Under the pieces are notes generated by a model. The model searched no databases. It saw nothing but the letters and a program-made list of their open reading frames with translations, and was not told the DNA's origin. The translations under genes were made by a program, and so were the position numbers. Of a stretch of 64,000 nt of DNA, positions 24,575-38,910 are shown piece by piece. The DNA comes from Perna viridis (Eukaryota), in contig CM074517.1 in assembly GCA_037379345.1 (NCBI GenBank), forward strand, positions 5,580,001 to 5,644,000, given 5' to 3'. Positions within the stretch are counted from its first letter, which is position 1, and each line of letters begins with the position of its first letter.

Positions 24575-25080
24575 ATATCAAATCAAACAAGCTTTATTTT
24601 AAGTCGACAAGTTCATTACAACAATACAACATAAGTTCTTAGGAGCTTTTATAACCAATATAAAGTACGTAAGTTGCTATAAAGTGCATGTATACATGTC
24701 AAATACATTGACAAAGCAAAACAGTTATAATAAGACAGACACATACAGCACACAAACATAAATAGCAATCAAGGGCAAATCAAACAAAAGAACTTAAAAC
24801 CTGCAGAAACAAAAAAGAGGCAAACAAGCATTCTGAGAATATTGCAAATCAATATATAGTCCCCTACCCGTTTTTATATCATTGACACAGACACTACCTT
24901 GAATCATTAAGTATGAATGACAAACTGAGGAAATGACCTCGATTTTGAATAGAAGAAAGGATATGGACAAAAAAGATGTTCAAATCCATTTAACAGATGC
25001 AGATTTGTAAGGTTTTATTCACGGACAATTGGACAGATTAGATTTCAGATTCCATACCAATCTTTTGTTGTATTAACATA
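24575..25080 (-). mobile_element. Decayed LINE 3' end (RTE-X-like)
   Basis: On the minus strand, a Cys/His-like coding remnant (EHLFCP) is followed by a T-rich UTR, AATAAA and a (TTGAT)n-like tail near 24580. Confidence 0.4.
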
Positions 25081-25204
25081 TTGTTACATGTGATAATGTT
25101 AACAGGTTTTCATAAAACAAAAATACACATTAAACTAAAATTTTGGTATAGCACGTAAAACTGAAAGTTGGTAACTTTGGAAAAAATCAGCAAAGCGGAA
25201 TAAA

Positions 25205-25379
25205 ATGTAACTCGTCAACGTCGACTCACATACCAAATATCAGTTCAATATCTGCAAGCTTTGAGAAAAAAGTGCGGAAAACTTTTTCTCCGGACTGACA
25301 GAAAAACAGACGAACGGACGAACGAGCGGAGTGCGAATTTAAAGTTCCCCTTAGCTAAAGCCGGTAGGGGACCAATAAA
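25205..25379 (+). mobile_element. Non-autonomous Helentron/HINE-like element, 3' part
   Basis: taccaaatatca motif, (GACG/GAAC) microsatellite, then terminal hairpin tcccct...agggga followed by caataa. Confidence 0.65.
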
Positions 25380-25849
25380 ATAAACAAAAATATGGTATCG
25401 GGGACTCTACTCCTGGCATGGATTAATAGTCGTACAAGCAACACAAGAACATTCGTTCCCTCCCAGCTTGACATCATGGCTATGAACTGATTGAATTTTG
25501 AGCACTGCCTATTTTTGGGCATAGGAATACCAGAGGGCTGATGCAGCGTATCTGAATGATTGATTCCCATACCTAATTGTTTTTAACATGTGGTATCTGT
25601 AATATGTTGCTGTATCTGAAATTGTACGAATGATTTTGTTTACATATTAAAACAGTTTATACAGGTGGAGCCTGATCATATTATATTTTAAAAGTTTCTA
25701 ATGCCATTACTCTAATACCTCCTATATGTAATTTAGGCAGCTTAGCCTTTGCTGAAATATATTCAAAAGAGGAGTTATAATCAAAATAGACGTACCTTAA
25801 AGTTCTTTCTTGTATTTTTCTATTTTCTCTGTATTAGCCATTGAACAAA

Positions 25850-26880
25850 AGTGCCAAGAAAGGGGGCAAAATTTGAAATCTTTACGATATAAATGTGTGA
25901 AAAATAGTTAATCTACCTAATTTACATCGGTATTTTCAATTCAATTTCTTTTCTTGCAGACAGATTTAATATGGCTGTCAAAATGTACCATAAAATCAAT
26001 ATATACACATAAAAGTTTAACAGTATCTTCACAATACATATTAATATCACCAATATTAAAAGTTGGTGCTCTATCTGTTGTCTTTCTTTCCACAGCAAGT
26101 TCAAAACTTTTCTGGGTTTGCTTACATACAATTAAAATGGGACCAATCTTTTAACATTTTGCTCTTTGATACTATAGTGATACTATAATATTCTTGATAG
26201 ATACATTAAAAGCAACGGTCTCAATATTGATCCTTAGGGTACGCCTTTATTGATATCTGCCAAATGGCTTACAATACCACTTATCTGTTTTTGCTGTTTT
26301 CTACTAGAAAGGTGTGACAACATTGAATTACAGGTTTGGCTTGATGGTTTTCCATTTTGTTTTGCAGCCACCAGTACATCTTTCTAAAATATACTTGTTT
26401 CCTGATTTTTGTTTCAATTTGTTTACATGAATTCTCCTAATTCTGTATTGTTCCCATGCTTTGGAGTTTTCTTATTAAAAAAATTTGTATAAATCATTTT
26501 CTTTTCTTATATTGCTTTCTGCAATTCCCTGTTCATGTAAGGTGCTTGATTTTATACATAGTTTTCACTGGTACATGTTTTTCAAAAGTTATAGAGAATT
26601 CATTTTCAAAGTTCTGATAATAACCATTTATTCACTTATTTTGGTATATTGGTATATGTATATTTGCCATATCTTTGTTTAAAGCATATAGCTGCTTATT
26701 TTTTTTAAAATCTATTGTTTTTCTTGATTAGGAATACACTTATTTATTACTGTACTAATAATACCATGGCAGTCACTAATTCCAGTAGAAAAAAAATAGT
26801 GATCTCGTACATAATTGTTTGTTGTTTGTCAATATAACATCTAACAAAGATATTGCACAGTTCATCATGTGACATTGGTT
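25850..26880 (-). mobile_element. Internally deleted CR1/L2-like LINE ORF2 remnant
   Basis: Minus-strand translations TGISDCH (APE end), INKGVP*GSILRPLL (RT) and W..FNCM*ANPEKF. Confidence 0.6.
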
Positions 26881-26924
26881 CCTTAACTAGATTTGTCACG
26901 TCACCAAAGTTCTATTGAGTCCAA

Positions 26925-27197
26925 AGAGTGGTCAATGAACCAAAATTCTAGCGAAAATCAAAAGAATGTAATCCAGAGACAAAGACCAGACACGGGAAAT
27001 ATACAAACACAAGAAAGAACATAAAGTAACTATTATAATACATACAAAGTACAAAAGTAAATGAGCAACTCCACTAAAAACTAGGAGCATGGACCAGGTG
27101 CACCGTCAGGATAACGCCCTTTGCTTTTCTAGAAACAGCCGCCGAGTAGCTCATTAATATATCAAGTCCGGTGTAGAAGAAAGAAGAAAGGAAAATG
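26925..27197 (-). mobile_element. Solo Naiad-type terminal repeat
   Basis: Reverse complement of 10034-10317, including atgagcaac...ggaccaggtgcacc...ttttctagaaac...gagtagctcat. Confidence 0.85.
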
Positions 27198-30100
27198 TAC
27201 CTTTTATTCGTTTGGACATAGTTGATCATAGTTTATGTCACCAATTATTAGATAGTTATCATACTGCTTTAAACATTTGTTTTGATAATGTTTTCACTGA
27301 CGATCTGATATTCGGAGGTCTACAGATAATACACCATTTACATTTATTCAGGATTACCTAATATATTATGTTTTCAAGCGTTTTGCATTCTACGCCTGGC
27401 CGTCGTCTGGTGGTATGTTGGATCTGATGAAAGTCGCAAAACCACCGCCATGCACGTCTCTATCGGTACGTTCAATTTTGTAGCCGGATACTTTCAACAA
27501 GCTGTTTCTGCACGATGCATCTATTTATGTTTTTGCTATAATACGGGAATCAACAATTTCGTCAACAATCAATTTTTAAGTTTCTTTATTTTTTTAGACT
27601 ATTTATATTCAAATGCAATATGACAAATTTACTCGAATGGCGTTGTCAAATTTTGATCAATTCCTTGAAAACTTACCGCAATTGTAAACATCCTCTGTAG
27701 AAATAAAATGAAGAAAAACCGTGTCTTTCCTGAAATAGAAATCAAATATCAGGTAGAAAATCATAGCACAACCCAGGAATTAAACAGTGAATGTTTATGC
27801 GTCTATGTGGTTATGTATTATCATGTCTTCTATTATCGGATCGTTTAGTTTTAATAAGACAGTCAACACTAAATTGTGATTCTATGCGATTTGTATTTCT
27901 GTTTTAATTTGGGTCTATTCACTTCAGAGTTATGGCTCTTTAAGTGTTGTGAATGAATAATAACATTAATCTTGTTAATTTCAAAGTTTAATGTTCACCT
28001 CCTTTTTTATTTCTATTAAGTAATTTTGAAATTAAATTTATAAATCGATTACTTATGCGTTTTTGATCTCTGATTGATATAAAGGTATACATCTCGTCAC
28101 TCGTAAGACTCCTCACTTAAGAAAGGTCAAATTTCAATTGATACGATTGGAGCAAAAACAACAAAAGAAAAGAAAAATTGAAGTGCCAGTGCCAAAAGTA
28201 ATGGGTTAACAAAGGGGAGAATTTATCAGATAAAATACGTTTGCAAACTGCGACGAATAAGAAAGAAAAGAAAACCAAATTCAAATACACACAGACATGT
28301 AGCACAATGATAAAAAAGGTAACAAAAATGAAAACAAAGCCATTAAACTAATAAACAAATGAAGCATCTACCATCTACCATTGTTTCTGACATAGGCTTA
28401 AGTGTGTAAAGACGTGAGTTATCGTCTGATAATAAACTCAAATGATTGAGTAAAACAACAACCTAAAAAGGTGAAATATGCAAAACAAATTAAAATAATA
28501 AAAACGAAAAGAAAACAAATAGTTAAAGCATAGTTATATGTTTTTAAAACAATATAATTGTGGAACGTTGTTGATAAACATGACGTGTTTCAAAGCTCTT
28601 TAGACCACGGTCATGTTACAAAAGTGATAAACACATGACCAACATTTCGTGCAAAAAATAGGCAGAGTCTATTCAAAAATATGAACAAACTTATCATATT
28701 ATAATACATTACGGAAACTCTTTATCTTTATTTAACAACGGGATGGCCAGCCTGTGGTAAAAAAAAATAATAAAATGGAGTTTCCGTGATTTATTTTTTA
28801 AATAAACTTTGAACAGGTTATACTTGTTTTAATGATTATAGTTATTTTTCATAAATCTAAAACATTAAGTGACTTGTAGGTGAATTATTACAGGCATCTC
28901 AGGGATATTTTTCATACTTTCACGTAGTGTATACTTATTGCGGGGGAGATGTAGTGTGTGAAACCTCTTGAAAAACGTCTAGAAAATCTTTTTAACAGTA
29001 CAAAATCGATTTTAAATTTATCAAATACACGTGTCTATAATAAAGGATAAGACATACCATATTCATGAACGATGAATAACGTGACGAATGTCTGACAAGT
29101 TTTAAAACTTAACCTTCCTATATCAGTAAAAAACAAGTGCTGTCAGAACATGTCAGTCTGTACCTACATCCTAGTTTTTGAAGATGACATACTGTTACTG
29201 ACGGGTAATTACAGTTTATTAAAACGGGTCTATCCAACATTTTACATTGTATGTGAATGTCAATCAAGATAAACGACATGAAAAGTCCTGACTAAGTATG
29301 AATGATTTTCAGGTCATTTATTAAAAGACATTAGCAAATCCATCATCGTTATCGTCGTCATTCTTTAATAACCATCAAGTGGATTGCCGAAATAATTATC
29401 GTTTCATCCTTTTTTTAAAGGCTCAACAAATGTATTAGTTAACAATTCAAGAAGACATTTTAAAAGCACTAATATTGGAAGGCAATTTGTAGTGGATACG
29501 GCGACAAAACTAAATGCCAGGCTCATCAACAATATTAGGGACAATGTCAAGCACATGCCACACAAAACAATTAGACCGAACAACTAAAGACATAAAAAAA
29601 GCTGGATAACTCGGTTATGCATGCCTAATGTGCAGTTCTTGCTTCTAAGACAACGTTATGCTGTTTGCTGAAATTCAAAATTAGATAATGAGGAAGGATA
29701 TCTAGGTAAACGGCAGCATCATATCAGCATATCAGGATCTGGTGACAGTCATAGTGATCTCAATCTTTGGGTAATCAATCGTTTACCCAATAGCTTTAGG
29801 GTAAACTGTTTAGCGCTACCTAGAAAACATATGTACAGTTTAGTCAAGTGTATGGGAAAAAAATGATTCCATACACAACAGCAGTTCGAATGCTATTCCA
29901 TAAGAGATAGCTGTCGTTGAAGAGGACATGTTTATGATACAATGTAAGTCAAAACAAGAACAACATTTCATTCCGTAAGTAGTGTTCTTTATCTAAAGTT
30001 CTTCGAGATACGTAAGATAAAGGTTTTTACTAAATATGTTAGTAATTAGTATTGGTACATTAAATATATAGCACAAGCTTTTGGTTGCTTTGGATGTGCA

Positions 30101-33045
30101 ATCCATATGTATAAAGAAAAGAATCGGTAATTAAAATTCTACAGTTTGGTCCTTTTCAATTGAAACACATTAAGAGGACATCCATGTAAACACCAGGCAG
30201 TGCGTGGCACATGGCGCAAATTTTGTTTTTAAAAATCATCTGTTTCATATCGCAAATGCATCTTTTCTCATAGTTGAAAGTTGTTTTTTTTTATTAACTA
30301 CAACGGTTAAAGAGAAATAGATTAAATAGAAAACATTGAAATTCGTTGAAAAATGGAGATAATTCTTTCATTTTGTGCAAAATTTTCTTAAGGTACTTAT
30401 AAATAATTTTCTGAGCCATCCATTGTCGATTAAATACATCTTTGTACTACTGGACATACATATGATATAAACATTATATTGGAACAAAACATTCCGTGGG
30501 AAATAATTGTCCATGTTCCATCCATATCATAGGAACTGCTTGGTTTCTAAATGGACTTTCTGTTAAATTTATCGAACTTGAAATATCCAAACATTGTAAT
30601 AATTTCATTACCTTTATATTTGATTTAGAATTTAATTTGGAATCATCTTTATAAGGAGTAACAATTTTATCGACGTGTATAAAGTTTTATGTGTTCTAGT
30701 AAGAAAGTGCGTGAGAATTCAAGTGCTTAATATTTCCTTAACAACTTCAATTATATTTATTTTTTCAAATACCACAATATCTTGTTTATTGTCAATACCT
30801 TTGAAATTATTATGTAGTAATTGACTATTTTTGTTTTGTTGTGTTTGTTTATTTGCTTTTATCCAATATCTCATTGTTTTTGTTTGTTTTCGTATGACCA
30901 GTGAACCACAATCAACGCTTAAGATTTTACCAAGTACATATATGAACAGAATAAAAACAGTTTTGAAGACGAGACAGGTGATATTCTGTCAAGAGTGCAA
31001 GACTGATGTTATTAAGTTCATTTGCGACTTCATAGTTGATATTTTGTATCGTTGTCTTCAGATATTGCCGAGAATTGTTAATATCACTGTAGTAGCCTGA
31101 GATAAAAAATTACCAGGCAGTAAGAATAATAGACGGCATTTTGTGTTTAACAGTGATTGATAAAATAGAATAAACATGTATTCGTACTTTATATACGATA
31201 CTAAGAAAATTCAATTAGAATAACGACTTATCAAGAAGAATTCAAGAATGGACGTTCATATGAGGTCAGTATACCTGGTCCAGCAACAAACATCATTTAC
31301 AATGTTGTCTCAGCAGAGTTCTACTCAAATGACAGCTACATTAGACAATTACGTTTTAGTAGAAACGTGATGAAAATCAATTCTTCTATCACTTCCTATA
31401 TACAGGATTCTTCTATCACTTCCTATATACAGAATTCTTCGTGGCAATTTTTTGTTAAGTAGTTCAATTGCATTGCTATCTATACGAAACTAAAATTGCA
31501 CGAATATGTCAGAATTATATGCGGAAATCAGATTAGTTTAGATACAGTGTAATTAAAGGAAATCATGCTTTAGGTAGATTGTACATATCATATGGCTCAA
31601 ACTAACTACATGAAAGTGAAATATAATGAATGTGTATCATTTTGTTTTGTCAAAGATCATATGAAACACACGAGTTAAGAAGACAAATGAAAAATAATAT
31701 ACCAATTTCAAGTTTTTCTTTATGCGTAATAAGTTTTATTTCCAGAAAAGCACTTAATGTCTTACAACACAAAATTTGTAATAAGGAAACAGACAAAGCT
31801 ATCCGTAAAGCAATCAGAAAAGTAATGTTAAATGCCATAAAACATGTTTAAGCGTATTATTTTTTTCAGAATGTCTTTCATGCAGCTTAAAAGATCTCTC
31901 TGTTAAAAACTTTTTCATAAAAGGACATTTCCTTGTCGGAAGAATCTATACTAAAATTAACATAGATATGGCTCTTGTTGTATAAATGTGATAGTCTAAG
32001 TACGTTTTCACTCACATATTACCCAAATGAATATTTGTCAAAAATACCGTCAATATATCAATATGTAAGTTACAGATTACTGCATATGATTCTTTGAGAT
32101 TTTAAATGTATAATGGGAAGAGAAACTTTCAGTCCACATAATTGTACTATAGAATTCAACAAGGCGGCTATAAGATTTTTAATAAGAATTTCCTATTCTA
32201 TTTTTTTTTCTTTTCGTTCATTTCAATTATTTTTGTTTAATTTCATATTCTTAAAAACACATTTATATGCAAGTTAGTCAATGACTGTAATAAAAAAAAA
32301 TCATAAAAGAGTAGCGTTAAAACACCCACGCTGATATTGTTGATATTGTGGAATATTTTTATGCAATTCGAGGATAATTCACCTTCCATTGTTGGATTCA
32401 GAATGCCTTGGGGCTGTTTAATAACGTTTAATTTTCAGGAACAGTTGTTGTTCAAAATGAAAACATATTGGAAACACCAAAAAGATAGTAAGTTTTGAAA
32501 GCATCCGAGACCTAAAATTAGCAGCAGTTTCCGTTTGAAATTTGCGAGGAGGAAAACTTCGAACTTTCGAAAAAAAAAGGAATAAGCAGAAAAGTAATAT
32601 TTGATGCGGTAGAACATGTCCAATCTATCTAATTGGTTTTCCTAAAAAAAAACGTTGTTTCGAGACGGTTCCAGTTTATCTTGTACAAGGATGAAATGTT
32701 CAACAAATAATTTGCTTCTGTTTGAAATCTGTTTTTCCTGTTAGAAAAATAAATTCATACTTTTCGTACAAATTATTTTTTTCAATCTCTGTATTTTCTA
32801 AGTCGAAGCAATATATAAGTAATCATTTTTTTTTTCAATAAACTTCAAATACAATTTCATTTAAACCAAATGAAGTTTGTTGTTATATAACTGTACACCA
32901 AGGACATATAACAAGGACATATGAACATACCTAACCTACAAGCAATAAATTATTATATATATCTTCTCCAAATCCTTTAATTCTAGTTTCTGTTCTATTG
33001 ATAATGTATCATCTCTCAATATCTCGTTTGATCTACCCATCTGTG

Positions 33046-34560
33046 TTCTCACTAACCACTTCCAGGTCAAATGGCCACCCCCTATGTAGTACCAAAAACA
33101 CACTGAACCTAGACATATGCATTGTAAGTGCATTATTTGTGTGTACATGTATTATGATTAAAAGTAGTCAAAATAAAGCTGAGAATGTGTACTTTAAAAT
33201 CATATATGAAATTAACTACAAAAGTGTATAAATATTGTTTACATGTGTGAGTAATTTGCCTTCATGCTGTCAGTTAGGAGAAAAGGTAAAAATGTGGATT
33301 TTCAGTATTATTTATTCAAGTAAATTTTGTGACGAATTTCTACAATCATCGTACCATTAGCATAATTATTTTGAAAGCCTTATTTTCCAAGCTTCGCAAC
33401 GGTATGCAACTTAAAGATATCATTTGTCCTGGCAATTCACGGTCAAACTTTGAAAATTACTTTTTCAACATGTAAAGTAATGGAAACGTTAGAAGTGGTT
33501 AGTGAGACCATAAGCTAAATTTTGGCATATTTCAGAGAAATGCATAATTTGAGGAAAATTGCCTTTCCTGGTCATTATTTCCATTTTCCCATAAAATCAA
33601 TATAGTGATATTGGTAATCTGGCTCTATTTTAAGAGGTGCATTGTGCAAGGTATTTTAAAGTAACAACATAGCAACAAGATTTTTATGAGTAAAAGTGAC
33701 TCATAACTTGACGTCATGCATGAAATGCACAACGTCACTGCTTGGGATATTCAAAGTACTCAAATAGTCACACAGCACAGACTTAGAATTACACGTTAAT
33801 GAAATAGGTATGATATAAATTGTTGAAATCTGTCATTTTTTCAGAATGATAAATGATATTTACTATTACAACTTCTTGAATTATCATAGGTATCAATGTG
33901 GTGTGACAAGTTAGTTAAAATCGTCATTTTTTAGTACTTTAGGGAAAATGTCACTGAGGGTCATGATATAAAAATGACCATTTCTTTGTAGTCCTATGTC
34001 TGATTTTGATAGTTTTGGTCTTATTAGACTCACAATACCACAAGCTTTCATAAAATGTAAAAAAAAGAAAAACATAAAAACTCATGAAATGTTTTTAAGG
34101 TCTCACTAACCACTTCCAGGTCAAATGGCCACACCCTATGTAGTACCAAAACACACTGAACCTAGACATATGTATTGTAAATGCATTATTTGTGTGTATT
34201 ATGATTAAAAGTAGTCAAAATAAAGCTGAGAATGTGTACTTTAAAATTATATATGTAATTAACTACAAAAGTGTATGAAAATTGTTTACATGTGAGAGTA
34301 ATATGCCTCCATGCTGTCAGTTAGGAGAAAAGGTAAAAATGTGGATTTTCAGTATTATTTATTCAAGCAAATTTTGTGACGAATTTCTACAATCATCGTA
34401 CCATTAGCATAATGATTTTGGAAGCCTTATTTTCCAAGCTTCGCAACGGTATGCAACTTAAAGATGTCATTTGTCCTGGCAATTCACAGTGAAACTTTGA
34501 AAATTACTTTTTTAACATGTAAAGTAATGGAAACATTAGAAGTGGTTAGTGAGACCTGTA
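33046..34560. mobile_element. Non-autonomous TIR element (Tc1/mariner-like) with two ~460-bp direct repeats, each bounded by inverted motifs
   Basis: 33046-33509 and 34099-34556 are near-identical. Each runs from (gg)tctcactaaccactt to aagtggttagtgagacc. The spacer is about 590 bp. The right end reads gagacCTG|TA. Confidence 0.75.
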
Positions 34561-34865
34561 CGTCAATTAAAAAGGCAACTGATACACTATCATCTAACCA
34601 AATCTAGAATCTGAATTTTACATTGTTCATATAGTACATTTAAAATCGAAAGTTTATAATAACCATGGTGAATCGTGCTGTTAACCTCCCCTTTCTCACT
34701 GACAATAAACTAAAAACGTTGTCAGTGTATTGGGAATACATATCATAGCTGTCGTGCATGCGATTTGTACACTGACTTTCTTAGTAAAGCGAGGATAATG
34801 TGGAAAAAAAACATTATAAGACACGGGCATATCTAGGCTTGATTGATACCATTACAGCATAAATT

Positions 34866-35531
34866 ACTACAGACACTGTGAAGTCATCCTCATATCTTGA
34901 CTTGCACTTAGAAATCGATGGTAAAGAGAAACTATTGACCAAATTTTACGACAAACGTGATGAGTATTCATTTAAAATTGTCATTTTCCTTTCATCTGTG
35001 GCAACATCCCTTCAGCACCTGCGTATGGAGTGTTCATATCACAACTCATACGTTATGCCAAAGGTTGCCGAGACTACAGCAGACTTTTTGTATCGCGCTA
35101 GAATTCTAACAAATAGGCTTCTGGAGCAGTGTTATGTTGCTACAAGATTGAAATCATCACTACAAAAGTTTCATGGTCATCATCATGATCTCATGGATCG
35201 TTATGGTATATCCATCTGCGCCATGAAAACTGATTGGTTCAACGTGTCATAGTTTTCCTTTCCTCTTTCGTCTACCCTGGACTTGACTTTTTATGAGCAA
35301 CCCGGCGGGTGTTTCTAGAAAAGCAGAGGACGCTTACCCTACCGGTGCACCTGGTCCATGCTCCCAGTTTTTAGTGGAGTCCGAGTTGCTCATTTGCTTT
35401 TGTTACTTTGTATGTATGATTATAGTTACTCTATGTTCTTTGTTGTGTATGTCTGTTTTCCATATCTGGTCTTTGTCCCTGGATTACATTCTTTTGATTA
35501 CCGCTATAACCTTGGTTCCCATGATTACTCT
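34866..35531 (+). mobile_element. 5'-truncated Naiad-type PLE (RT C-terminus plus complete terminal repeat)
   Basis: SSYLDLHLEIDGKEKLLTKFYDKRD...KFHGHHHDLMDRYGISICAMKTDWFNVS*. Terminal repeat near-identical to 10030-10317. Confidence 0.92.
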
Positions 35532-37504
35532 TTCATCATATTGTCCATGTTGTATTTGCATGAATCGTTTCTTTATTCCGCAAACACTTTTTAACAATGG
35601 CGTTGGGTTCTGATGTCTCTTTATTGCCCTGTTGTTTTGATGCTTGTAAATGTTTCTTTTTCTTCATTAAAGTTTCTTTTTCGACGACGAATGAATTATG
35701 TTCATGTTTTGGAAATAATTTTGCAATGGTCAGTTATAACACCTTAATTGACGTATTGCCGACATGAAATGTTTTTGTTATCGATTTGCATCTTCGTCCA
35801 TGAAGGGATAATTGGTAAGTATTTATTTAAAAGGTCAAATGTTTTCTGAGTGATTTTCAGACTTTTAATGTAAAGCTGGGAAAACGTACTTTTTAAGAAC
35901 ATATGATTGTAAAAATTTGAGGTCAACTTAAACATCAGGCTATGTGATAGTACGTACATCAATACGAATAACTCGTACGAAAAAAAAAGAAAATGTGTGA
36001 ATAATAAATGCGCTTAATTTTGTACAATAAAACTTGATTTTTTGACTTGATTCACGTATAAATGCTTGATAAATGCATTCAAGTCATCAGAAGTGTGTAC
36101 AAGTAGTATTTTAACCCTGTATAGATTAGACTGGTTATAAAGTAAGCTATGTTTCTGTTTTACATTGTTTACATTGACTATTTATTGATTTGTTTCCCTT
36201 GTGTTAATTTTACTTTTGCAGTATGTTCTTCTCATTCAGCAAGAGTTTTACCTCACTTAATTGGCTATCTTATATAATTTCGGGCTCTTTAAATTTGAAC
36301 TTTATTTTCATGCTCCCTTGATTGTAACTATGTATAGAAGTGATTTTGCGTGCTCATAATGTATAGATAGTGTATGACATGTACTTTATGAAGTACATTA
36401 TATAAGTTAAACGTGATGATTTTCAATTTTCTTGATTACATATCGTGCACAAAATGTAATTTTCTTTAGAATTCTAAATTTAGTAGCATTTTTTATATAA
36501 CTGTGTGGGTGTTCAAAGATATTCGAATATGTAGTTTTACCTTTGGGAAAGATTGAACGGAACTACTAGCTTTTGTTTGCCACTAATTGTCGCAAGTAAA
36601 ACAGGATCTAGAGCAGATTTTTTTCAAAGCAGAAAGAACCGCTTATAAATCATTTTTATGAAACAGCAAAAATATATATATATAGTAATAAACAGGAAAG
36701 GAAAGAAAACGATTGGAAATTTAATATTCTCATACAAATTGACTCTTCTCAAAACCATGTTTTTTTTTCAGTCGCCCCTTTTTTCTGACCAGGAAGCGAA
36801 ACAGTAAACCATCTCCATCATTAATCTAACCGATATGAAAAGGGAAATTATATAATATTTGTTTGTAATTCTCCCCATAGAACAATATTCAAAGGTACAA
36901 TTAATGAAATGCACGAATGTGCGTAAGTTTGATGCATTAAAAAGTGTTAAAGCAATGAAATAAGGAAATGCCATATTAACAACATGAGATTATTTCTCTT
37001 TTTATTACATACAATGGGCAATTTAGATTTAATAAATACTAGTAATTAAGACCCATTCGCCTAGTTTATGGTTCTATTAGAGTCGAATTGGAACATTTCA
37101 AAGAAAATATTGATAGTAATAGTATCGAATTCACATTAATCTAAAACTTAATTGTCGTGAATGTATTTCTAAATCCAAGTAATATCTGAAAATGAATTTA
37201 ATTTATTTGAAAGCTGTCTCTGCCTTTTTTACTAATTTTATTTGTTTTGCTCGGTCGATGTTGTCAGTTGAATCAGGCACAAATTATTTTTGATTCTCAT
37301 TGATCTGATCAGCTGTTATTTCAAAATAAACAGAAATAAGGCCTAAAAGGCCACTACATGTACATGTAGATTCAACTGGATTTAAATTCGTTCGGTATGT
37401 AAATATAAGAAGAACTGAATTAATTTACAAGTGAGAAAAAACTTTAACCCTAATCTTTTAAATAGATTCAAATAAAGGATCTATAAATGAGTAGATTTTC
37501 ACCA

Positions 37505-37700
37505 TTTTTATCACACTTGTATTTTCTTATTGTGATTTTATCATACTTGTATCTTCTTATTGTGATTTTATCATACTTGTATCTTCTTATTGTGATTTTA
37601 TCATACTTGTATCATCTGATTGCGATTTTCTTCTGATTGTGATTTTATCATACTTGTATCTTCTGATTGTGATTTTATCATACTTGTATCTTCTGATTGC
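37505..37700. repeat. Minisatellite, 30-bp unit
   Basis: ttgtgattttatcatacttgtatcttct(t/g)a repeated about 6 times, with one truncated unit. Confidence 0.95.
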
Positions 37701-38910
37701 GAATGGTTTGTTTATCCTATGAGTATTTTTGGTATTGCATTGGGAATTTTTACACGGTTATGGAAGTGCAAGAGTAGCATGAAATCCAACCTCAATTGGT
37801 TTGTCCCATTCATCAAATCAGATAATTGTGTTTCATAACAGATGCTTCTACCAAACCTGTTATTATCCAAATGAACAGCACAATCGCCATTCATCATAGT
37901 GAGCTCTATTACCTTTATGATAAATCTAGTGCAAAAAGGTACGCAAAGGTTTATAAAAATAATCAATTTTAAATCTTCTTTGGTTAAAAGTGCACTTAGC
38001 CAACAATGCCTTACACTCTATATATTAAATGTCCTATCTCATTGTGGCCAGTTAAGTAAATGTTCTTGCATATTTTTGGCTTGTACGAATGAACGAAACC
38101 TGGGTGTTTTAATTGTTAAATCTGTAAAAGGAAAAGCCAAGCAGTTGAAAAGACTGCTGAGAATTAGATAACTTTTTTGCAATGCAAATGGTTTCCGTTA
38201 CATGTCTGCTGTTTTTGTATGACCTCTTCGACCTTATCTATGAAAAATCTGATAATTGATCTACTTACTACTGGTCATGGTTAATATCCGGTGTCGCTGC
38301 AACTCAGCCAATTACATGCCGGAAATGAAAAGTTTTGCGACAGTCGAATCAAATACCGGCATATGATGATAGGAAAATAGAAAACGTGGATATATAACAA
38401 AGAAACGGAAATTAGTGTTAACTGACTGAAGTCGGACGATCAACAAAACATGAGGTCCAATCAACGATGATTTCCGCTTCAGTGTAGAATGGTCTGCTGC
38501 TTGAACATACGACAAACACTTTATACAAAAGAAAGGGAAATTTGGTCATGTGTACGTATTTTGCTAGAATACCTGTCATGTAAAAATGAATTTATATATC
38601 ATTATTTAGATGTAGCTGATCTAACTGGCCCAATATCAATTATATAGCCTATAGGCTTTACACGATTTTTTTTCTGATGTTATTCGAAACTCACTTTAGA
38701 CAGCTGTCTTCGATATTGCAAATTATATTTTGCGATATTACAGAGGAGGTGACTGACTGGTCTATTTGTAACGGTAAGAAATGGAGGACACGAACGTATG
38801 TGAAGCTTTACCGTTAACAAATCAAATATACTTTTTATTGTGTAATCATGATATTGTATTTCTATTACAAGTGTAGATCTCATACATATATATATAAATA
38901 TATATACAAG

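Noticed and set aside
27405-27452. CTGATGA flanked by ggtggt/accacc
   Set aside because: No GAAA after a stem II and no UH site, so not a hammerhead. Other CTGANGA hits (3222, 36084 minus, 59739) also lack the required stems.
27200-33000. Short ORFs of 60-90 aa here and elsewhere (7204, 8183, 30831, 37899, 52183, 59797, 62011)
   Set aside because: AT-rich random ORFs, often with non-ATG starts, with no motifs or paralog support.
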